Shown one piece after another: positions 8,631 to 16,926 of a stretch of DNA of 64,000 nucleotides. Both the position numbers and the translations under genes were made by a program. A model generated the notes under the pieces. It worked only from the letters and a program-made list of their open reading frames with translations, was not told the origin of the DNA and made no database searches. The stretch lies in IMG/VR virus record IMGVR_UViG_3300045049_000270; one strand, written 5' to 3'. The stretch is from a virus (Duplodnaviria > Heunggongvirae > Uroviricota > Caudoviricetes). The number at the start of each line of letters is the position of its first letter. Positions within the stretch are counted from its first letter, which is position 1.

Positions 8631-9101
8631 ATGCGTATCGCCGACATCAACGCAACCAAAGATCAGTTCGAAGCCGCACTGGGTATCGAGACTTTCGATA
8701 ATCTCTGCACGGTGCTCAGCTATTTGTCCGAGAACGACGAGCTCATTCGCCAGCTTTGCCAAGCATACAAGGAAGTCTTGCCTGACGCTCCTTTTTGTTC
8801 GATGTTCAACCATGTTTTCCTGGATTCCGAAAAGGCGTTCGGAAAGCTCTACAGCAAAGAAGAAATCGACGAACTTCTGCTGCGTATGCGCCAATACATC
8901 GTGCCACAATCGCAAGTGCATGGCTTCGATGATTTCGACATCAATTTCTCGGCAATCAAACGTCTCGCGGGAATTGGTGTGAACGTTGCTATCGACTTCA
9001 TCGGCGATGCGGAAACGGAGAAGGAGGCAGAAACGCGCACTTCTGTTCGTGTCACGTTTGTGGTTGTGCAGTACGGTGCATCATTCGAGGTCAAGTGCTA
9101 A
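8631..9101 (+). CDS. hypothetical protein
   Basis: family-P promoter at 8572; AGGAG RBS; ATG MRIADINATK. Confidence 0.5.
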   Translation: MRIADINATKDQFEAALGIETFDNLCTVLSYLSENDELIRQLCQAYKEVLPDAPFCSMFNHVFLDSEKAFGKLYSKEEIDELLLRMRQYIVPQSQVHGFDDFDINFSAIKRLAGIGVNVAIDFIGDAETEKEAETRTSVRVTFVVVQYGASFEVKC

Positions 9102-9108
9102 AAAGTGC

Positions 9109-9165
9109 TTGTAACCATGTTCAGGTGAATGTACCATCTGAACATGGTAAAACAAACACGGAGTC
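9109..9165 (+). promoter_or_regulatory. family-P promoter cassette
   Basis: TTGTAA-N17-TACCAT; CCATGTTCAGGTGAATG spacer; CTGAACATGGTAAAACAAACACGGAG. Confidence 0.6.
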
Positions 9166-9169
9166 TAGT

Positions 9170-9490
9170 ATGAACCGGCAAGAACTTGGCGCAATTGATG
9201 ATGAACTGAATGCAGTTAACCAACAGATCCGAGATCTGGAGCAACGGCGTGGTGAACTGCGTGAAGCTTACGCCCAAGGACACGCCGAGCTTTCCGGTTA
9301 TTCTGCTGGCTGCACAGTGCGATATAAGGCTTCCAATAAGGTCGTCAAAGAAGGGGTGGTTGCTTTTGTCAGGGCTCACCATACGCATGATTACGCGTAT
9401 GAAGTGGTGATCGATTGCACAGATGGTAACCGTATGTGGGTAAGGGGAAATTCGAAGAACCTCTGGTCTGTTAAGAAGGCAGGAGAATAA
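9170..9490 (+). CDS. hypothetical protein
   Basis: family-P promoter at 9109; ACGGAG RBS; ATG MNRQELGAID. Confidence 0.5.
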   Translation: MNRQELGAIDDELNAVNQQIRDLEQRRGELREAYAQGHAELSGYSAGCTVRYKASNKVVKEGVVAFVRAHHTHDYAYEVVIDCTDGNRMWVRGNSKNLWSVKKAGE

Positions 9491-9611
9491 GCGCAAAAGT
9501 GTTTGACGCCATAGTGTACTTGCAATACAATATGGCTTAGTAGTTGCAGTAAACCTTAAGGTGGCGTTGATGGGACTCGAAAACTATCTCATCACTTTTA
9601 AGGAGCAGTTC

Positions 9612-10181
9612 ATGAAGAAAATCATGTCGTTGTTTCAACGTAACTACGAAGGGGATCGTAAGGTTCGTGACGAAGTTACTCCGGGTGCTGAATGGGTTGT
9701 TCAGGGTGAAGGTTACGCTACTCGTAAATGGGATGGCGTGGCTGTGTTGGTAAAGGATGGTCAAGTCTTTAAGCGTTACGACGCTAAGACTGGGAGAACA
9801 CCTCCCATTGACTTCATTCCTGCCCAACCTAACCCTGATCCGAAAAGCGGGCACTGGCCTGGTTGGGTTCCCGCTGAAGGCCCGGAATCGAAGTACATTC
9901 GAGAAGCTGTCGAATGGGCGCAGAAGAACAAGTTTGCCGGTGGAATCCCTGATGGCACATATGAAGCGTGTGGTCCCAAAATTGGGACACGTCACGGTGC
10001 TAATCCTGAAGGTTTGACCGAACACATTCTTGTTCCTCACGGTAAGGATATCTTAGAAGATTGCCCGCGCACGTTTGATGGCATCAAAGAATGGTTGCGC
10101 GACAAGCCTATCGAAGGCATTGTTTGGCATCACGAAGATGGTCGCCTTGTGAAAATCAAGAAAGCTGACTTTCCGTACTAA
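9612..10181 (+). CDS. ligase-family nucleotidyltransferase (small ATP-dependent RNA/DNA ligase-like)
   Basis: motif I RKWDG (KxDG); motif IV PIEGIVWHH (EGhV); motif V RLVKIKK; AAGGAG RBS before MKKIMSLF. Confidence 0.6.
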   Translation: MKKIMSLFQRNYEGDRKVRDEVTPGAEWVVQGEGYATRKWDGVAVLVKDGQVFKRYDAKTGRTPPIDFIPAQPNPDPKSGHWPGWVPAEGPESKYIREAVEWAQKNKFAGGIPDGTYEACGPKIGTRHGANPEGLTEHILVPHGKDILEDCPRTFDGIKEWLRDKPIEGIVWHHEDGRLVKIKKADFPY

Positions 10182-10186
10182 GCTGT

Positions 10187-10220
10187 AAAAGATGGCCCCA
10201 TATGGGGCCATCTGCCATTT
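10187..10220 (+). terminator. probable terminator hairpin
   Basis: AGATGGCCCCA-TAT-GGGGCCATCT then GCCATTT. Confidence 0.5.
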
Positions 10221-10311
10221 GGCGGCTTTACATTTGGTATGATTTGTCATACAATGAATAAATGAATGGCTTATGGTAGCTTGATCATCAAAAACGAATA
10301 AAGGAGCATCA

Positions 10312-11547
10312 ATGCGGATCGCGATTACCGGTAACATTGGCTGTGGAAAATCCACATTCACGAAACTATTGGTGAAACATCTTACACCAAATTACACTCA
10401 AGCAAGCATCGATGAGATGGTTCACGAGCTTTATAAGAACACCGAATTTGCTAAGGAGCTGAAGGAACAATTCAGAACGGATGATCGCAAGCAAATATCG
10501 GATATCGTATTCAACGACCCAGAGCAACGTAAATGGCTTGAAGATTTGGTGAAAACGCACATGCGGTTGCGAATGATAAAAATCGACAGTCAGAATCACA
10601 TCGTAGTTGAATTTCCGCTGTTGTTTGAAATGTGCAATAATGACAAATACGATTTCATCATCACGTGTATGTGCGACGATGAGACGCAAGAAAAACGTGT
10701 GACTGCACGTGATGGCTTCACTGCCGAAAAAATCGCAAAGATTCGTGGTGCGCAACTCAGTACTATTGTGAAGTCGGCAATGTCGGATGAAACAATTGAC
10801 ACTAATGTTTCGCTTGAAGAGCTTGAAACTGAAGCTAAACGCATTGCTGGTAACATTGCTCGAAAAGATCTACGTTTATTCTTCCAAAGCGCCTTTTACA
10901 AAAAAGAAAAGGAAGCTGGTGAATTGTTCGACAATGCGATGAAACAATATCACGGTTTTGATCGGCACTGGCATAATGCAGATCACCCACTTGCTATGTA
11001 TCGATGGTTTATGTCGAATCTTGACAAATTCAACTATCCTGGCATTGCCGGTATTGCGATCATCTATCATGATGTGGTCTACAGTACGTATAAGACTCTG
11101 TATCCACATAATGAATCTCAAAGCGTTAAGTTCATGATTGATCAATTCAAAGCAATTATGCCAGAAGCATTGCGATTTGAAATTGAAGATGGTATCCCAT
11201 CACTCGCAGTTGCTGCTGAATACATCATGAGTACGAAAACGCATTCGGCTTCTTCGCATTTCTTGAAAGCCAATCCTAAGTTGAAAAACGATTGTGAATT
11301 GTTTCTTGATGTGGACTTGATGATGTTGGGTGGAACTCCCGAGGAGGCTGAAGCATTTGATGACGCAGTATATCAGGAGTTCAAAAATGAGTATGAAATT
11401 CGAACATTTGCTAGAGGCCGGGTTTCTGTATTGAAGACATTTTTGCGTCGACCAAAAGTTTTTCAATCATCGCACTTTGCACATCTCGAAGATAATGCAC
11501 GTGCAAACTTGGACACACTTATCAAGAAATGGGAGCGTTGGGTCTAA
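10312..11547 (+). CDS. coaE: dephospho-CoA kinase (CoaE) fused to a C-terminal HD-like domain
   Basis: N-terminal ~190 aa aligns with CoaE: MRIAITGNIGCGKST (P-loop), FNDPEQRKWLEDLV, PLLFE...; C-terminus has H..H / HD / H / D pattern (HWHNADH...IIYHD). Confidence 0.7.
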   Translation: MRIAITGNIGCGKSTFTKLLVKHLTPNYTQASIDEMVHELYKNTEFAKELKEQFRTDDRKQISDIVFNDPEQRKWLEDLVKTHMRLRMIKIDSQNHIVVEFPLLFEMCNNDKYDFIITCMCDDETQEKRVTARDGFTAEKIAKIRGAQLSTIVKSAMSDETIDTNVSLEELETEAKRIAGNIARKDLRLFFQSAFYKKEKEAGELFDNAMKQYHGFDRHWHNADHPLAMYRWFMSNLDKFNYPGIAGIAIIYHDVVYSTYKTLYPHNESQSVKFMIDQFKAIMPEALRFEIEDGIPSLAVAAEYIMSTKTHSASSHFLKANPKLKNDCELFLDVDLMMLGGTPEEAEAFDDAVYQEFKNEYEIRTFARGRVSVLKTFLRRPKVFQSSHFAHLEDNARANLDTLIKKWERWV

Positions 11548-12059
11548 TGTATACGATCGGTATGGTTACTGGATCGTTCGATCCAATCACACGAGGACAT
11601 GAATGGATGGTCGAACGTGCTTGTCGTACGTTCGATGAAGTCTACTTTGCGATTGCTTACAATCCAGCAAAGAAGGGAATGTTCAATTCGATCGAACGTG
11701 AGGAACTGGCACGGCGAGTGTTGGCTGACTCACTCACATCTGAGCTGTTCGAAAAGTTGAAGTTTGTAGTGATAGAAAATGAATTCACGGTCAGTGTGGC
11801 GAAGCGTCTAGGGGTGACCACAATCATGCGTGGCATTCGCAATGCTGTTGACTTTGGTTACGAGAAAGATATTCAAGGCTTCAACACCGATATCGAAAAT
11901 AGCATCGACCATGTCTTTGTAATTCCTCCCGAAGATATCACGCGTATCAGCTCATCAGCTGTGCGCGGGTTTGTCGGAATTAACAACTGGGAAGAAAAAG
12001 TGGCAAAATATATTCACCCATTTGTTCTGCAGGCGTTAGCAGATCGGGCGAATGTATGA
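11547..12059 (+). CDS. coaD: phosphopantetheine adenylyltransferase (PPAT/CoaD)
   Basis: GSFDPITRGH (T/HxGH motif), NPAKKGMFNSIEREEL, ISSSAVRG closely track E. coli CoaD; ATG overlaps the coaE stop (TAATG). Confidence 0.75.
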   Translation: MYTIGMVTGSFDPITRGHEWMVERACRTFDEVYFAIAYNPAKKGMFNSIEREELARRVLADSLTSELFEKLKFVVIENEFTVSVAKRLGVTTIMRGIRNAVDFGYEKDIQGFNTDIENSIDHVFVIPPEDITRISSSAVRGFVGINNWEEKVAKYIHPFVLQALADRANV

Positions 12060-12334
12060 TTGCTTGGACTCTTGAAGAATATCTCGATCCCACACTTGCC
12101 TTTCTGGGTCGTCAACAGAAGATTCATGACTTTGAACTAGAGCATGGTTTCAAACCTGAAGTCATTGTTCGTTTGACTTTCAGCGAAGGTTTTAGGTTCG
12201 ATAACCATGCTTTTCACCTTTTATATCGAGGATTGCGCGGCGATGTGATCTGTGAGCGATCTAATGATAGAAGACCATATCAAGTGTATTTCAAAAGCTT
12301 TATAGATTATCTTACGGTTCATTTGGCCGCATAG
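12056..12334 (+). CDS. hypothetical protein
   Basis: ATGA overlap with coaD. Confidence 0.45.
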   Translation: MIAWTLEEYLDPTLAFLGRQQKIHDFELEHGFKPEVIVRLTFSEGFRFDNHAFHLLYRGLRGDVICERSNDRRPYQVYFKSFIDYLTVHLAA

Positions 12335-12337
12335 CTC

Positions 12338-12390
12338 TTGATATCATGCTCATATGAACGTACCATATGAGCATGATTACTTCAGGAGAT
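12338..12390 (+). promoter_or_regulatory. family-P promoter cassette
   Basis: TTGATA-N17-TACCAT; CATGCTCATATGAACG / ATGAGCATG inverted repeat. Confidence 0.55.
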
Positions 12391-12391
12391 T

Positions 12392-12634
12392 ATGATGACT
12401 ACTCGAGTCGAATTGCAACGCTGGTTGGATCAATTTCCTGAAGACGCCCAGATCGAAGTAATTACAACAGCCGAAAATGATCGGTACGGTTATCAACCGT
12501 ACACCTCGGTCTATGAAACCGAAATGAAGCTTGAAGTTCCCGCCGACTACATAAGTTATTTTCAGGGAGAAACTTTCGAGATTGAAAAGTTTGGTGATCG
12601 CTTTGTCATACGACTTGGTAAGAAAGGTGATTGA
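12392..12634 (+). CDS. hypothetical protein (80 aa)
   Basis: family-P promoter at 12338; AGGAG RBS. Confidence 0.45.
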   Translation: MMTTRVELQRWLDQFPEDAQIEVITTAENDRYGYQPYTSVYETEMKLEVPADYISYFQGETFEIEKFGDRFVIRLGKKGD

Positions 12635-12906
12635 TGCAGTTACTCTCATTCGCAGCCTTCCAAGCCAGATATGGCGAAGATCGAGTTCGAAACTGGATGT
12701 CTCGAACAATGGGAAATGTTCGTTTCCTTCCTGGCTCAGTATTACTGCCTGATAAACACGATCACTTCTATGAAGTGGATCCTGATTGGCACACTGAAAA
12801 TGTGAAGGGGAAGATCGGTTTCAACCCAGCAGTAGATTTCATACCACCAGCAATTTATTTTCAGCATGAAACTGATGCGGTTGCCTGGTTGCTGGCTTGG
12901 GGTTGA
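12631..12906 (+). CDS. LTWG-family paralog
   Basis: C-terminus IYFQHETDAVAWLLAWG; ATGA overlap. Confidence 0.45.
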   Translation: MMQLLSFAAFQARYGEDRVRNWMSRTMGNVRFLPGSVLLPDKHDHFYEVDPDWHTENVKGKIGFNPAVDFIPPAIYFQHETDAVAWLLAWG

Positions 12907-12962
12907 CTTACGGTTCATATGAACGTATCATGTGAGTTCTTGTACTACGAAAGTCGGAGAAT
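12903..12962 (+). promoter_or_regulatory. family-P promoter cassette
   Basis: TTGACT-N17-TATCAT; GGTTCATATGAACG spacer. Confidence 0.55.
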
Positions 12963-12965
12963 CAC

Positions 12966-13163
12966 ATGAGCACGCATGGCATTATGGTCCAGAATCAGAA
13001 GGGCGAAACTCTGTATTACACAGGTAAGGCAGGTGAAAAATGGCTCAGCCCAAATTCGGAGGAAGCATTCATCGGATATAGCGAACAGGGAGCATTGTAC
13101 AGGGCTGGTAAGTTAAACAAACAACATGAGGGGTTATGGTTTAGCCCATATCCAGCAAAATGA
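12966..13163 (+). CDS. hypothetical protein (65 aa)
   Basis: family-P promoter at 12903; CGGAG RBS. Confidence 0.4.
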   Translation: MSTHGIMVQNQKGETLYYTGKAGEKWLSPNSEEAFIGYSEQGALYRAGKLNKQHEGLWFSPYPAK

Positions 13164-13483
13164 ATGCACAAATATTCAAACCACACGTCTTCAACGAGCT
13201 GAGTAAGCTCGATAAGCTATACGGTGACTTACACGAGGCCGGTAGCTGGTTCAAGAATGGTATCGAATCAGCTGAATTTCACATCGCGTGTGCAATGATC
13301 ATCATGTTCGACTCCAAACGTCGTTGGACATGGATCGAGCTATGCGAATGGCTTGAATCCGAGTGCGAGGGAGACCAACTTCCAATAATGCGTACGAAGA
13401 ACGGTAGCGGCGTTATGGCCGTGTTTTTCGAACGCGAAATTGACGCAATCAAGTTTTACATGACACACGGCGACAAAGTGTGA
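13160..13483 (+). CDS. LTWG-family paralog
   Basis: C-terminus VFFEREIDAIKFYMTHG; ATGA overlap. Confidence 0.5.
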   Translation: MNAQIFKPHVFNELSKLDKLYGDLHEAGSWFKNGIESAEFHIACAMIIMFDSKRRWTWIELCEWLESECEGDQLPIMRTKNGSGVMAVFFEREIDAIKFYMTHGDKV

Positions 13484-13493
13484 TGGTGTCAGC

Positions 13494-13766
13494 ATGGCTA
13501 AATTACAAACAACAAAAGAATGGTTGGATATTGAAGGGCCCGAACAGGGCAAGCGTGCCAATCTATTAATAGAACACTATCGCTCTTCAAAGAAGAACCA
13601 TCCATATGTTGTTACATTTGATTTGCCAAACAGCTTTACACATATAATCGATACCGTCAAAAATGAATATGACGGTTGTTTCACGCTCGATGGCAAGCTA
13701 AATGTGATGATGTGTTTCTTCACTGACTACAAAAATGCTTTGGCATTCTACCTTACGTGGTGCTGA
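13494..13766 (+). CDS. LTWG-family paralog
   Basis: C-terminus MCFFTDYKNALAFYLTWC. Confidence 0.5.
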   Translation: MAKLQTTKEWLDIEGPEQGKRANLLIEHYRSSKKNHPYVVTFDLPNSFTHIIDTVKNEYDGCFTLDGKLNVMMCFFTDYKNALAFYLTWC

Positions 13767-13767
13767 T

Positions 13768-14058
13768 ATGCCACTTCGAACAGTTCAAGATTGGATCAAG
13801 AATGGCAGTGAGGAGCATATAAGTGGCTCACATGAACTGTATCGTCAACACATAGTTGATGATCGCGAAGCCATTGAATTCCATATGTATCTATATGCTG
13901 TAGACATTGCCATTACCAATAGTAATATAATGGCATCTCGCCGTTGGGCAAAGCTCAATATTGAGTATGATTATTCAATAATACTGCTCAAAACAACCGT
14001 ACTTGGTTTATTCTCGAACTACCAAGACGCGCTGAACTATTTCCTGACTTGGGGTTAA
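13768..14058 (+). CDS. LTWG-family paralog
   Basis: C-terminus GLFSNYQDALNYFLTWG; ATG 2 nt after the upstream stop. Confidence 0.5.
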   Translation: MPLRTVQDWIKNGSEEHISGSHELYRQHIVDDREAIEFHMYLYAVDIAITNSNIMASRRWAKLNIEYDYSIILLKTTVLGLFSNYQDALNYFLTWG

Positions 14059-14061
14059 GGG

Positions 14062-14361
14062 ATGGCTATTATTCGTGAAATGGAAAGATGGTTCGCCATG
14101 AAAGATGATGAATTGCACAGTGCTGTCGAATATGTGATTCGACAGTCATTAAAGGCGGACTTCGAAGAAGTTAACAAACTACCGTCAGGGTATATAGTCA
14201 TGTCTGACGGTCTCGTTAAGTCTGAGCGAGATCAGGCTGTAAGGCTTTGGCACAAGGAACAAAAAATCAAATTGAACTGGCGACAGTTCGGTATGGTCGT
14301 TGTCACTATGTATGAAAAATACAACGATGCTTTGGCGTTCTATCTAACATTCGGCCAATAA
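14062..14361 (+). CDS. LTWG-family paralog
   Basis: C-terminus VTMYEKYNDALAFYLTFG. Confidence 0.5.
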   Translation: MAIIREMERWFAMKDDELHSAVEYVIRQSLKADFEEVNKLPSGYIVMSDGLVKSERDQAVRLWHKEQKIKLNWRQFGMVVVTMYEKYNDALAFYLTFGQ

Positions 14362-14362
14362 A

Positions 14363-14623
14363 ATGATATACAGTTGCAAAAATACAACAGACAAAATAGC
14401 AAAACGTGCAGCCTATATGGCCACAAAAATTGGTAATTTGTCGTTAGATGAATGCAATTTTATGGTCTTGATAGGCAATCAGACTATTGAAGAGCTCAGA
14501 GCCAATCTAGTTGAGCAGTGTGTAGGTAAGTTTTGGACTCATCACATTCCTACTGACAATATGTTAGTTGTGGTTTTTGAAGAGGTGCGAGATGCTCTCC
14601 TGTTCGACTTTACGTACAATTAA
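14363..14623 (+). CDS. LTWG-family paralog (divergent)
   Basis: C-terminus VVFEEVRDALLFDFTYN. Confidence 0.45.
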   Translation: MIYSCKNTTDKIAKRAAYMATKIGNLSLDECNFMVLIGNQTIEELRANLVEQCVGKFWTHHIPTDNMLVVVFEEVRDALLFDFTYN

Positions 14624-14681
14624 CCATACCTTCACCAGTTCTGATTCCTAGCTACTCACGTTCAAAAAGTTAGAAAAACTG

Positions 14682-14770
14682 TTGACGCCACATTTAAGTG
14701 ATCCTATCATTTGACATGTGGTGAGCAGTAACTGACAGACAACGCAACGTAGTAACTTTTCAAGGAGAAA
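14682..14770 (+). promoter_or_regulatory. family-P-like promoter (long leader) upstream of WGR paralog 2
   Basis: TTGACG-N17-TATCAT; TTGACATGTGGTGAGCAG leader; AAGGAG. Confidence 0.5.
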
Positions 14771-14773
14771 CAC

Positions 14774-15169
14774 ATGGCAAAGGTCGAAATCATCAAGCTG
14801 GGTCACGCACTGATCGAAGGCGAACGCGGCGAAAAGGGTGGCAAGCCGTCGAAGGACAGCGTCTGGGGTATCGCATACGTCGGCAACGCACTCGTCAAGT
14901 TCTACGGCCGTCGTGGTGGCAAGCTGCGCTTCAAGACGGAAAAGAAGGCCGCACTCGACGAAGCGCTGGCACTGTTCGAAGAAAAGCTGGCCGGCAAGGA
15001 CGTGAAGGGCATCAAGTACGTCGACGTGTCGAGCGCGAAGGGGATCAAGGAAACGTGTCCGTCGATCGTCGAAGATGTCAGCAAGGGCTACTACGCGGCT
15101 GTGCGTGAAGGCAAGGTAAACACGCGTTCGACGAAGGGCGCCCGCAAGGCTGCTGAAGCTGAAGCATAA
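14774..15169 (+). CDS. WGR-domain-like small basic protein, paralog 2
   Basis: MAKVEIIKLGHALIEGERGEKGGKPSKDSVWGIAYVGNALVKFYGRRGGKLRFKT...EEKLAGKDVKGIKY. Confidence 0.6.
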   Translation: MAKVEIIKLGHALIEGERGEKGGKPSKDSVWGIAYVGNALVKFYGRRGGKLRFKTEKKAALDEALALFEEKLAGKDVKGIKYVDVSSAKGIKETCPSIVEDVSKGYYAAVREGKVNTRSTKGARKAAEAEA

Positions 15170-15184
15170 GCCATGATTGGCGCA

Positions 15185-15218
15185 AAAGGCGGGGTGAGCG
15201 ATCCCCCGCTCTTTTGCT
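15185..15218 (+). terminator. rho-independent terminator
   Basis: AGGCGGGG-TGAGCGAT-CCCCCGCT followed by CTTTTGCT. Confidence 0.6.
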
Positions 15219-15228
15219 GAATGGCTGC

Positions 15229-15282
15229 TTGACTTCAAGTTCATACGAACGAACAATATGAATGTGAAGACAACAAGGAGAG
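15229..15282 (+). promoter_or_regulatory. family-P promoter cassette (weak -10)
   Basis: TTGACT-N17-AACAAT; TTCATACGAACG spacer. Confidence 0.45.
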
Positions 15283-15285
15283 GAA

Positions 15286-15501
15286 ATGTTCTACGAAGAT
15301 CCCACACTATACATGTTCAACGATCATCAACTAGATGAGGATGATTTTCGTGCCATGGATGACGAAATCGAGGCTTATAAAGCCGATGCAGCAGAACGAG
15401 AACGCTCCAGACGCGAAATCGAGCGCCGTGGTGATCGATTTGCAGTTACCAACATGGGTGACGCATTCCGGAATGCGTTAATGCGTCACAATCGGAAATG
15501 A
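15286..15501 (+). CDS. hypothetical protein (71 aa)
   Basis: family-P promoter at 15229; AAGGAGAGG RBS. Confidence 0.4.
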   Translation: MFYEDPTLYMFNDHQLDEDDFRAMDDEIEAYKADAAERERSRREIERRGDRFAVTNMGDAFRNALMRHNRK

Positions 15502-15752
15502 ACGATTACCAATTCGTTGGTTCGATCGAAGTACGTAACATCAGGACCAACCATACATTCACCGATGATGAACTGCTCCGACTGCTAAGAATAGCAGGGT
15601 TGGCATACGATGGATCGCGCCTCAAGCTGACGGCAAAAGAGATCGAGTATGTATGCTTACTCGTTAGATTCAATCATGCCAAACAATGCAAGGCTGATGA
15701 TCGATCATTCGATCGCGCAGCGTTCAACCATCTACAAATCTTGAGGAGATGA
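15498..15752 (+). CDS. hypothetical protein
   Basis: ATGA overlap with the upstream gene. Confidence 0.4.
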   Translation: MNDYQFVGSIEVRNIRTNHTFTDDELLRLLRIAGLAYDGSRLKLTAKEIEYVCLLVRFNHAKQCKADDRSFDRAAFNHLQILRR

Positions 15753-15755
15753 CAT

Positions 15756-16865
15756 ATGGGCGGCCGACTTCATAGCCTTGAAGGCTTGCGCGGGTTTGCC
15801 GCTTTAATTGTTGTCTTCCTTCATGTTTATATGTCATTGCAAGCTGTACCAAATTCTGGTGCTGCCGCAAGTTTCTTTTCTTTTTCAAAGAACGGTTATT
15901 TGGCTGTTGATTTGTTCTTCGTATTGAGTGGTTTTGTAATATATGATTCATATAAATCGAAGCTGAGAAATAATTCTGATTTTGGTGCTTTTATATTGCG
16001 TCGAATTGGGAGATTGTGGCCAGCATTCATGATTGCGAATTTCATTTATTTTTTCTTACAATATCTCGCAAGCTTTCATGAATATCGATTACCAAGCATT
16101 ATTCAACTATTAGGTGTTGCGACGTTTCTTCAAGGTTTGGCTATCACGAATGTAATTGGTATTGCAGTAAGTTGGAGTGCCAGTGTTGAATTTTGGATCT
16201 ACTGTATATTCGCACTACTCTGTATTTCCCTACATGGAAAAATTAGAACGGCTGCGTTTATCGCATTTTCTCTTTTTGGTTATTCGATTGCTTTATGGCA
16301 GTCGATAATTGTTAGTTCATGTTTGACTAAGGGCGGATGTTTTGAACAAACCTATTACTTTGGATGGGGACGCGGTCTAGTTGGCTTCTTCATTGGTGCT
16401 CTGCTTGCCGAATATCGCAATCATCGATTTGTGATCAGTCTTTGTAAACCAAATATACAATTAGCGATATTTACCGGTACATTACTCTTTATTCTAATCG
16501 CTGATAGCATTCCAGGCTTAGCATGTGTTGCGCCATTATTGTTTGCATTATTCATAGCGACACTAACTATGAATAACGGACCAGTGACACTTTTACTCAA
16601 TAGTCGCTTTGCTCAATATTTGGGTAGAATTTCTTATTCATTGTATTTGAGCCATGCTGCCATAGTTATGGTTTTTGCTGCATTCATTGCTGTAACGACA
16701 GGTACTATTGAACGTGTAACCGCTGCTTCACTGTATATCACATTATCGATTGTCCTGGCGCATATTCTCAATATGCGAGTAGAGACACCAATACGTAAAC
16801 GAATCAATTCTTGGGTTGATTCAAAGTTCAATCAGAAAAGTTTGATAGTCACTCCAAGTGAATGA
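15756..16865 (+). CDS. acyltransferase family 3 (OafA/OatA-like) integral membrane protein
   Basis: N-terminal LEGLRGFAALIVVFLHV signature; about 10 predicted TM helices. Confidence 0.7.
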   Translation: MGGRLHSLEGLRGFAALIVVFLHVYMSLQAVPNSGAAASFFSFSKNGYLAVDLFFVLSGFVIYDSYKSKLRNNSDFGAFILRRIGRLWPAFMIANFIYFFLQYLASFHEYRLPSIIQLLGVATFLQGLAITNVIGIAVSWSASVEFWIYCIFALLCISLHGKIRTAAFIAFSLFGYSIALWQSIIVSSCLTKGGCFEQTYYFGWGRGLVGFFIGALLAEYRNHRFVISLCKPNIQLAIFTGTLLFILIADSIPGLACVAPLLFALFIATLTMNNGPVTLLLNSRFAQYLGRISYSLYLSHAAIVMVFAAFIAVTTGTIERVTAASLYITLSIVLAHILNMRVETPIRKRINSWVDSKFNQKSLIVTPSE

Positions 16866-16868
16866 GTC

Positions 16869-16920
16869 TTGATGTTCTATTCAAGTGAATTTACCATAAG
16901 GACATGGTAAACATTAGGAG
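16869..16920 (+). promoter_or_regulatory. family-P promoter cassette
   Basis: TTGATG-N17-TACCAT; AAGGACATGGTAAACATTAGGAG. Confidence 0.55.
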
Positions 16921-16926
16921 TGATTG

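Noticed and set aside
10312-11547. Alternative reading of the P-loop kinase as a T4 Pnkp-like polynucleotide kinase/phosphatase, given the ligase and Tpt1 nearby
   Set aside because: The N-terminal domain tracks CoaE block by block, including the NPEEK-WL segment. The C-terminus lacks the DxDxT HAD motif of Pnkp. The next gene is an unmistakable CoaD, so the CoA reading is favoured, though a nucleic-acid kinase role is not excluded.
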